NCBI GenBank assembly: GCA_040954595.2
Contig: CM082592.2
Coordinates: 10,982,017-11,046,016 of the forward strand
From: Balanoglossus misakiensis
Taxonomy: Eukaryota; Animalia; Hemichordata
Direction: 5' to 3'
DNA: 64,000 nt
Under the pieces are notes generated by a model. The model did not search any database and had not been told where the DNA came from. It was given only the letters and a program-made list of their open reading frames with translations. This document shows, piece by piece, positions 37,337 to 47,699 of this stretch. A program made the position numbers and the translations under genes. The stretch's first letter is position 1; each line of letters begins with the position of its first letter.

Positions 37337-40300
37337 ATGGGACTGATTCATAGGTTAATAATAATCCTGGTTTGGGCTGAAGTCACATTCGCCTTGAAGC
37401 TTCATGGTGAGTACATGTAAATCTGCAGTTTACTGTCTTCATCTAGATGTCATTCACAGGTGCCGTGTTTGAAGTTTGCACCTGAGTATCTTTCAGCCAA
37501 AACTCTTCAACTGCCCTCACCATAAACATTCTGGCTGCTGCCAATTCAATACCCATGGTCCTAACCATAAAAGCTAAAAATAAATTGAAATTGTGAATAT
37601 CCACTTTTTTTTTCAGTCCCACTAAACCTGGTTGCAAGAAACGGGAGTACAGTTTTGATACAGTGCAATATGGAGGAGATGGAATTTTCAGAAAACTACA
37701 CGTCAGAAGATCTGATCTGGTATTTCAAAGGCGAACAGCTAAATCCAAGTATGTTCACGGCCACTAGTGAGACCAGGTCACTACTAACACTGGAGGATAT
37801 CACATTTGAAGAATCTGGAAATTACACATGTGCAATTGAAGATAGTCTGACAAACAGTGTTACAACGGCAAGCACTGTGGTAACAGTTGGAAGTAAGTTG
37901 GTTGTGTTGATGTAATAATGTGATTGTGATGAGATGTGAGAGTTAAGATTTATACCAGTGATGATAAAGTGAGAAAGACTGCCAGCTTAAGGAACTTTAA
38001 CAACTACTGGTACTTGCAAATAATTATTGTGAAGGTTAGGCATTGAACATTATTTGTTTCTTAATTTTCAGCTACCCCTGGTATAGCCAACTTCACCTGT
38101 GTGTCATATAATATCATTGATATGTGGTGCACTTGGGATCCAGTCTACAGCGGGCTGCCAACGCAGTATGAATTTACATATCGACTCTAGTAAGTTTCAA
38201 GTATCACTTCTTTCAAGGAGCTATGACATACCGAGTAGACAGTGGAGGAAACGTCTAAGTTGTGTTTTTGTTGTGTGCATGAATTCTATGTCATTTAACT
38301 TCTGGTGTTTTCAATTCTCCACAGTAGCGACTTCAATGGATGGAAAAGCTGTCCAAACACAACTGCCAAAGGAGAGAATTCGTGCTATTTTGATATTGAC
38401 AGCAATATGGGATCTCGTCATCGAATGAAGGTGACAGCTACCAATGCACTTGGTGAAATCAGAGGGGAAAAATGGTTCAACCCAGATACAGAGAGTGAGT
38501 TTTACTTTTTACCCTCTTTTTAACCCTTTCACCGCCATTGGTTTGGTCCACCCCATTCTTCTCAATGGCAGTGCTGGACATTTCTACAGGGAACTGGGGG
38601 TGACAGGGTTGTAATTTGTGGATATTTTGTGCCATTAATTTTTTATGGAATCTTGAATATGATTGAGATTATAGTTGTAACAGTTATGTGCTCAATACAT
38701 GTATGTTGATTAGCTGCATACTGACTCTTCTGTATTTAACCATAACCAGAATTTCTCCTTTTTCAGCCATTCCGCATCCACCAGAAAATGTACAGGTGAT
38801 AACAAAGAGCAGTGACTCTTTAATGATCACCTGGATGCCTCCGTCTGATTGGTACACCAACATGCTCTTTCTTGAATATAAACTTCAGTATTCTAACGAG
38901 TGGGAAGAGGGCCGATGGTCAAAGGTAGAGATCCGACACCACAGAATAATCAATCCATGCACTCACAGACATCTCTTCCCCCCACTGTTGTGTCCTTTCC
39001 ACTGTGGGTTAATAATTCATCTGGTGTTCTTTTTTTCATATATCTCTCCAGCCATACCATTTCCTCCTGATAACGTGCGCATCTCACATCAAAGCGCTAA
39101 CTCTTTCTTGGTAGTGTGGGGAGTGCCTCGTAATTGGTATACAGACTACTACCGACTAAAGTACAAATTGCAGTATGTGAGCGAGTGGGAGACTAGTTGG
39201 TCACAGGTACCCATCATTCATGCTACATGTATAATGATCATTTTTAATGTTCTTTGGCTGTGTAAGCTTGCATGAATAACCCAACCATGTTACAGCTGTG
39301 GTCGTTCTAGTGTTGTAGCGAGTTGATTATAAAGTGTTGCAAATCCCTCTGATTCTTTTCTGAAACAGAACTTCCTGCTGGCGTAGTCTAGGCATCTTGC
39401 AACTCTTTTGAGTGGCCAGTACTGTAATGCTAATCTCACCTTGAGTGTGTGACATCTGCAATTGTAGTTACCTTACTTGTTAACTGATAGCCTGTACAGG
39501 GCATGCACGCAGGAATAACTGAATAATGCCATGGAAACACAAATGTCTGCCACAGTAACTTCTTACAAGGCGAATAAGCTAACTGATGCAAAATATAATT
39601 CCCAAATAACCATTAAATCACCTTAGAATATCTAAAAATGAAAAAACAACACAATCCTGATAATTCAAAGTACCTCTCTTTCAAACCAGCATGTATACAA
39701 TATTTAGGTCTGTCATACAATACTGGCTAACTTTTCTAAGCTTATGACTAGTTCTGCCAATGGCAGCTAATGTATACATGACAAGATATTTGTTTTCATC
39801 CATCCTCACTAATACACGTACATGTACCTGTCTCCATACTGTGTCAGAACACAAAATGGCCGCTCAGAGAAATTCAGTCACACTTTCGGTACAGGCTACA
39901 GCTTTTTGCGGTTCTTCCATTCTTTTGGTTTTGGTTTTCCTGGCAACTGCTTGTGTCTGTCCCGTTTAACCCTTTCACCCCCAGTTCCCTCTTTAGAGGT
40001 CCAACCTTACCATAGAAAACAATGGGTTTGGACTGAACCATGGTGGTGAAAGGGTTGATTCCATTGAAAATTAGACTAGAAATCAATGTTCTACCAAGAA
40101 AGACGTTTTTTCCATCTTCTAATCAGTGAATATTTCTCTTTTGATCACTTGTCATTTTGCGGGATGTTTTATAAGGATGATAAGGTATGGCTGTATTATT
40201 CGGATTTTTATTTTTCGTGTCACCAAGTTACATTTCAAAGCCACTGAATTGACACCACTGAAATGGACTAGGCTTTCTAGTACATGATCTTGAACTACTT

Positions 40301-43300
40301 GCCTGACTCTCTTAATTGCTGATTAACATACTCTGTTTACTAATATCTGCTTTCTCGGTGTCTTTATCTCAATTTCTTTTTCTCCGCTGCCAACCCTGCC
40401 TCCCTTGATGTAACAGATGTTATTCAGCCTTACCAATGAGAAGGGTGTTAATGGTCTCTTGCCCTACACAAACTATATTATCCGTATCGCTACACAGCCA
40501 GCTGCCATATTTACAGATTTGTGGAGTGAATGGGCGTATGCCACTGGACGCACATTGGAGTCAGGTATAGCCTACAGATATAGATCCTTAATTTGTTTCC
40601 TCATGTTATTTTGTTTTGCTTTTTTCTTTTCATTTTTTTTATATTATATGTGATCAGTTCCCAATTATCGACAGAAAAAGGAATTATATGGCTGTAGGGC
40701 TAGAGAGTCACACGCTGTATTATTTCCAAGTCTCTTGTCAACCGACTGCTGGAGATGGACAATGGGGTGAATTCTCTGTCTCTGCTTCCGGACGAACCAG
40801 AGAATCAGGTAGACCTGCGCAGTACAGTACATCTACACCAGTGTTCTACAGAGCACCGAATGAACATACACCCTTTCCGCAAGTCTAGTGCCCTCATGCA
40901 CCCGTCATGAATTTGTTGTTGCCCCCGGATGGCTAGAAGCTGTCGCTAATCTTTGGCAATATGAACGAAATCTTGGAGAAGGCATTTGGAACACATACTA
41001 TGTTGTGCGAATGTGGCTTTATCTGTTCCATAACACGTGCAATGTGGAGCATATTCACAGCAATGGCACACATTTCTGAACTTTGTTCTGATTACAATCC
41101 ACTTTTGTTTTACTGACAGCTCCAAGTCAAGGCGTGCAGCTGCACCTGATGCAGGAACAAGTCAACACAAACAATCCGGATTTCAGAGATGTTACAATAG
41201 CATGGATGGTATGTCCTCGCGATTCCCATTATCGCTTGGCATGTTGAGTGCTTTCTGTTGGTTGTTCGATTTTTTCAGGGTTTGTTGAGAGTTGGAATTT
41301 TTGGTGTATGTGTGTGTACATGTACATTGTATGTTAAGTGTTTGAGGAGAGATGTTGTTAGTGTTTTAAATTCCCTGTTTACTTAGCAGTATATGTTTTG
41401 TCCTTGTCTTCAGTTGCCACCAAGGAGACAAAGAAATGGCATCATCATTGGTTACAACATCACAGTGAATGATGAAAGAAACCCCGACAACACTCAGAAA
41501 TGGAATATAGAAGATGGAAATGTGACCATGTTCACAATACCAGGTAAAACGACAGCAACATTGATTTAATACTTGATCCTTGGTAGAGGTTGATCAGTGA
41601 CTTTGATGATATAGCAATCTTCTCTGTTACTCATTCATTAATTTGTTTTTTCAGATCTACACAGACTCAAGTCATACCAAGTGTCTGTAATTGCATTCAA
41701 CAATGCAGGGAAGTCACCTTCAGCTTCATTTCGCATATTAGATCAAGCAGTTGGTAAGAAATAATAACATTCATAATTTTTGTTTTCATTTTGAGAGCCT
41801 TGGTTTCAGAAGATGCGTATTCCTTGAAAATCACATTGACAATAAGGGACATGTCCAAATAACAACCTTCTTTACTTCTTTAATAACCAACAGCCCCCAA
41901 GGCTCCTATCATAACAAAGGTAAAAGCTCTTACAGAAGACACCATAGTTATGTCATGGGACCCACCAGAAAGTGACAATGGACAAATTGTTGGTTATGTG
42001 TTAGCATATGCAGCTGACGATGGAATACTGACAGAGCGAAAACAGTGGTAGGTGAATTTTCACTTTTACATGACCAGTATTTACGTCTTGCATCGTTTTT
42101 ACAGTTTAAAAAATCCAGAGACCTGGTGTATTTAATATTCTTCTGTGTTTTGCAGGAAACATATTGAAGTTGAGGGCTCTGTACGCAGTTACCATGTCAG
42201 AGATTTGGAAGCATTTGTGCAGTACGAGTTCAAAGTTCAGGGCAAGAGTTCAGTCGGTTATGGTGGCTACTCACAGACAGTTACTCAATATACCATGGAA
42301 GGAGGTAAGAAAGATAATGCAGAAAAGATCTGAAATGTTGATCCACCCTAATATGCAGTGACACTGATGTCAATATGATTCTCATTTCAAAACACTTCAT
42401 AAATCTCAATGTTTGGTTTTCACTTCTGTCACAGTTCCTTCAGGTCCGCCTTCCAACATCACTCTGCAATCCATGCCTGAGTCTCCATCCAGTTTGTTAG
42501 CTGAATGGAATCCTCCGAACCTCTCTGACAGAAATGGAATCATCCTTGCCTATCAAATCACAGTGTGTCAACCACAGAAGCAGTTCAAGTTGACGGACAT
42601 TGTTGATGGGGATGTTTCCACTCGTCAGACTCGGCCAATAATGTGTACAGGGAATGACATCACCAGAGTGAATGTTACAGTCATGGAGCCACACAGTGTT
42701 GAAGCAAATGTCTTACCATTGAAGTACATCATCAGAGGACTGTCACCAAACACTGAATATGCTGTGTCAATCTCAGCCATGACTGCTGTAGGAGTTGGAC
42801 CTGGTTCAGAATTTGCAAGGACTAAGACCAGCATGGGAGGTACCTAGCAAACTGTTTTCTTTTATGTCTGCGTTACGTGTTCACCATTAGATACTCGTTC
42901 ATGCCCACATAATATGTTAAGATATATGATAATGTGACTGTGGACATTTTCTATGCCTGTAGCTCCAGCACGTCCAATAGATGTCGAGATTCTAGAGGAG
43001 ATGGTGAGTGGATCTGCATTAACACTGAGATGGTCCATGCCTGGCACGATACAGAATGACGTGTCACACTATGAGATCAAGGTGAAACCACAGAACAATA
43101 GCAAACACTGCCACGACCAGATTGTGAATACAACCAACGCTCAAGTCAGGATAGAAGATCTTTGTGGATATGAGACTTATGAAGTCGTGGTCAAGGCTTG
43201 TAGCATTGCAGTGATTCCAGATCCATGTGGGGAGTACTCTGATCCAGTTTATGCGACAACATTAATGGGAGGTGAGAGCCAAAATAGCCATATGGTTAAA

Positions 43301-46203
43301 GGTTTACGGTCACGTGTAATGTACATATGCCCACTGTATATATGGTCAAATCTCTGATTGGCTATTTTCCGAGGGAACAGTGGTTATAGGAGATCATATA
43401 CCTTTAACCCAGAATTCACAGCTGTCATCAGGGAGTTGGGGGGGGGGCGCTTTCTGTGATAAAAGACTAACAAATATTTTTATTTTCTATATTTTATAAT
43501 AGTGTCTTTTATCTTTTGATTTTAGAACCAGGCCAACCACTGAATGTGAAGGCAGTTCCTATGGATGATTCCAACATAAAAGTTATGTGGTCACCACCAG
43601 ACAGGTACACTGCTATCATCTGTATTTAATCTAAATTTTGTATCTCCATAAGAAGTAAAATGTTAGCCATGAATTTATTGGGATGGTTCTGTGGAAAACA
43701 TGTGCAATATATGAAAATTCAACTTAATCCTGAAACCAGGGAAAGTGTGGTTGTATAATTTTGTTTCAAAGAATTTCCAGACACTCAGCTATATGCACAT
43801 TCTTGTGATTTTCTTTCAGACCCAATGGGCCAATGGATGAATTGGTGTACATCATTGAATGTTACTCTGGAGATGACATCATCAGTGAAGGTCAGACCGT
43901 TGGTGTGACTGAAATGTTGATGTCAGCGCGGTGTGAAACTGGCATTGCAACAGACGCAGTCAAAGTCACGTGCCAAGTTCAATCCAGTTTTAACCATATA
44001 AACAGCTCATCAGTTGTCAGCAATGACATTGAAATTTGTTACAAAAAACAAGGTTGGTGGAAATTGCTAGCTTATTTTATAGATTTCATTTCAGTTCACT
44101 TTTTTTGAGTGGTTTAAACATTCAGCATGAATTTAAAATATTTATTGTTTGTTTTGTTTTCACTACAGTATGGCCATACATTGCTATCATACTTGGACTT
44201 GTTGCTGGTATTGTGTTAATTGCTCTTGGACTTGTTAAATGTTACATGTGGGCCAAAACAAAAGGTCTTTGTGCAAAAGTGAGCCATGCCAAACCATTGT
44301 GGGACGCAGAGGTGAGAACAAAACATTTACATTTGTAGATCCTAAGAATTAGAACAGAAACAGCCATACTTTAAGGAGTTACACAAAGTAAATATTCCAT
44401 GTTCTTATGAGCAATATATTATAAATACAGCTTCATATTTTTCCCTCTGTTTTGTAGATTCCAAACATTATGCCTGAAAGAAATGATCGTGAAGTGTTTG
44501 ACCTGTTGCCATCTGTACAAATAAAGGACAATTTAAAAAGGAAAGAATCCAGCAGCACAAATTCTGTAGCTTCTGATGTTGGAGTGGAGGCTGACAGTGG
44601 ACAACCTCTTCTGCAGAAACCGGTAAGTGAGAGGAAGCAACCACCAACTGCAGTGAGGGTGAAAGTTGGAGGGGATGGCTACATTGCAAATGAGGCGGAC
44701 AGTATAAAAGGTGCGGTTTTTGTCAAACCAAAGCCAAGACCTCTGGCAGCAGTCAGTGATGAGTATCGTACGGTGGCTGAAGTAAATGGCAGAAGTGTTC
44801 TTCTGCCCCAAGAACGTGAAGCGAACAGAGCTGATGTTGATAGAGAAGGACTAAACAAGGCTGGAAAACTTGGCACGAAGGGAAACATGAAAGTGGAAGG
44901 TGAGAGACCTTCTGGACAGCGTTGGGGAAAGGCAAGCATGAAAAGTCCAGCAGTAGGGATCACTCAACCTTTGATTCCTGGCATAAAGAACATGCATACA
45001 GATCCTGCCCTGGATTCATATGTTCAACATGGTGCAGACTTGGGCAAGTTGCCTTTGCCAAGTGTCCCAGTCCAAATGGCGCTGGCTGCCAATGGCTTTC
45101 AAGTTGGAGAAGCAGATCGTGTAAGATCAGCGAATAAGAATATGCCTCCAGATGTGGAAAGTCTTCAGAAGCAAAAGAGCAGACAGGCACCATTCGGATG
45201 TGCGGATGCGTTCGGTTCAACTAACAACCAGCCATCCAGGCAAGTGAGGCGTACACCACTTGGAAATTCACAGGAATATCAACCACACAATTTCCAACAA
45301 GAGAGCCAGTTCAGTGGTGGTGAGCAGTCCCCTTCTACAAGTGGCAGTTCCATAGACTCTAATAATACATTTGATGCTGACTGTAAAGCAGGCGAGAAGA
45401 GTGTGGACACTATAATCCTACCAGACACAAAGGTTGCTCCAGCTGGAAAATCTGACTGCATTTCAAACCAGGACTACCTTCTCATTGAAAGCATCCCAAA
45501 GGGATCTGGACAGGAGAACGACTATGCAGCTGAGAGTAGTGTCAGTGAGACGTCTGATGGTACAGAAGATGAGAGTGACTGTGAAGATATAGATAACACC
45601 ATCACACCCTTACTGAAGTGCACTCCTGATGGTGGTCATTCAGAGCCACGATCAACCACATCCACAGAGTCGGTAAGTAGCAGCCTTGACCAACCAAATG
45701 CAAGAAAGGCCCACAAACAGCAGCAGCCATCCTCCCTTCATCAGGAGTGTCCGAGAGAGAACTGTGCTGCCACAAGCAGAAGAGACTGCCAACCTACAAA
45801 TGAGGCAAGATCCAACCAAGTGCCACCGAAAGCATCTTCACACACTTGTGAATTCCCACAGGACACTGACAATTTGAGTTGTCTGGCTCAAGATTATCAA
45901 CCCTTGGACACTTATGGACAAGACGTCCAAGAGGACAGAGAGAGCATTACAGGATCCAGTACTTATACAGACGAGGCCACAGACCTAGAAGACTTTGATT
46001 ACAGACTGTCACCGTTAAATGGAAGCCCTAGGCATGTGCAGAGGGAACCACAACCAACAGAACCAGAAATTGAGGAATATCTTCACCTGAGTTGTCTTCA
46101 AGGAGGAACCGACGGAGATGATATCAGTGTAACAAGTGACAGTTCAATGACTTCTGCCAAGTCTTCTGAAGTCCTTGATCCTGGCTATGTACCGAATACA
46201 TAG
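37337..46203 (+). CDS. Class I cytokine receptor B (paralogue of A) with duplicated alternative exons in the WSxWS domain
   Basis: ATG 37337 (MGLIHRLIIILVWAEVTFALKLH). Exons 37617-37892 (Ig), 38072-38190 (NFTCVSYNIIDMWCTWDP), 38325-38494, 5a 38767-38924 / 5b 39052-39206, 6a 40417-40564 / 6b 40658-40808, 41120-41208, 41414-41543, 41655-41753, ~41894-42048, 42156-42304, 42434-42839, 42963-43271, 43526-43604, 43820-44052, TM 44169-44311, last exon 44458-46203. Confidence 0.92.
38520..38610 (+). mobile_element. ~90-bp piggyBac-like MITE, copy in intron 4 of receptor B
   Basis: TTAACCCTTTCACC ... GGTGACAGGGTT termini; homologous to the copies at 39966 and 46907. Confidence 0.65.
39966..40058 (-). 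mobile_element. ~90-bp piggyBac-like MITE, inverted relative to the 38520 copy
   Basis: TTAACCCTTTCACC ... GGTGAAAGGGTT; its reverse complement aligns to 38523-38610 (ccatggtt..gtcca..ccatt..ggaactgggggtga). Confidence 0.7.
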
Positions 46204-46906
46204 TGTCAAAGGTCACAACTACGTATGCACTGACAGTTACCATAAGGTACATTTGAATAGCGTGAATTTCTGAAGCTGTTGTAACCCGCCTCTGCCCCCA
46301 AAAAAATTGCAGTAGAGACAACTTTAAGTAGTATTTCCAAAAGTGGCTGTAGCAGAGATGCAGGATGGTGCAGCAGTGATGTTTAAATCACAGTTTATGT
46401 GTAATATATTTTATTTGACACGTGCATCATTAATGCATCCATTAATTTGCATGATTTACCATCATGGTTAAGAATAACACAATTATGTAAGAACAAATAA
46501 TTGAATGATTAGAAGCTATAACCTGTGATATTTTCAGTATTTTTATTCTGTATGTCTGTAACCTCCATGTAACTAAGTGAAATATCTTTTCATGCAATTC
46601 AATCTTGGGGAAAACATTTAAGCAGGGTTCATTCATATTATTTGTCTTTTCAATATATGGACTCGGCATCTCTCAGTCAGCTGTTGTTTCCACGGTACAG
46701 TTGTGCCAGTACGAGTGGTCAATAACATGGACATCGTAGAACAGTAGAACCAATTGAAACACTGCCAAACACAAATCCAGGGTCCCATGCATGCTAGTTC
46801 TTTTTGATTAGTTTCAAAAGAGGGGAAAAAGAAAGTACTTTCTGCTAATCTTCAACCAGTCACACTCAAACATTCAGGTTCAAGTCTCTGAAATAACAAG
46901 TCTCTT

Positions 46907-46996
46907 CACCCTTTCACCACCATGGTTTGGCCCAAATCCATTGTTTTTATCGTAAATTTGAACCTCTCTAAAGGGAAATGGGGATGAAAGGGTTAA
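46907..46996 (+). mobile_element. ~90-bp piggyBac-like MITE; more decayed relatives probably at ~6260-6350 and ~13900-13965
   Basis: ACCCTTTCACCACCATGGTTTGG ... GGGGATGAAAGGGTTAA. Confidence 0.65.
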
Positions 46997-47699
46997 GATT
47001 AACATACTGCCACACAACAGCATTGTTTATATCTGCACATCCACTCAAAATTGAAGATACACGTAGAATTTTATTTCCTATGCATTAGTTTATTCATCAG
47101 AAAACCGTCCGTACAAGTTGCCTTACAATGTTCATCAGAAATTTGATATTCTGCCCATCAAAGAATATGTGCAAGTTCAAAACATAATTTTGGAATAGTT
47201 TTTGTTTTGTAATCTGTCAGAAATATATATTTGTACAGTGGACCATGTAATCATCAACTACCTAAGAAAAATGTGGCAAAGTAGCAAGAATATATGGATT
47301 TAATTTTTTGCAAATGCGGATTTATCTTCTAGTATTAATGTTTTATTCATAAAACCACATATTTTCTCATTTCCCAGAATTTTACAAGCATTATCAATGT
47401 CACTTTGGAAAACATATTATATTAACAAGTCGTTTACTTATTTGAACAAAGCAACATTTTGTTCAGTTTTAACTATTTTCTATGCATGTTTTAGAAATTA
47501 TACACTGCCAGAATAAAGAACTCCATATGCTTGAAATATGGTGATTATTCATGACGAAATATGCAAATATTCAGTGGTACAACAGATTCTAGCTTTATTG
47601 CTTTCTGAATATGGGATTGTTCACTGGTCTTTCCCGAATGATGTGACTGCCAATTAAAGAGATGGGTCGATGCTCTGAAAAGCCAAAGTGAGCAGGCAG

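Noticed and set aside
38688-39275. 195-aa ORF treated as a single exon
   Set aside because: It is two homologous exons (5a, 5b), each with its own acceptor and donor, joined by an intron that happens to be stop-free.
38767-40808. Constitutive tandem duplication of a whole FN3 domain
   Set aside because: The order is 5a-5b-6a-6b, not 5-6-5-6, and the phases make joint inclusion frameshifting.
22516-46203. Receptors A and B as two haplotypes of one gene, or as a receptor tyrosine phosphatase/kinase
   Set aside because: Most exons and introns are far too diverged to be alleles; the tails have no catalytic domain; the C-x9-C-x-W and WSxWS signatures indicate class I cytokine receptors.
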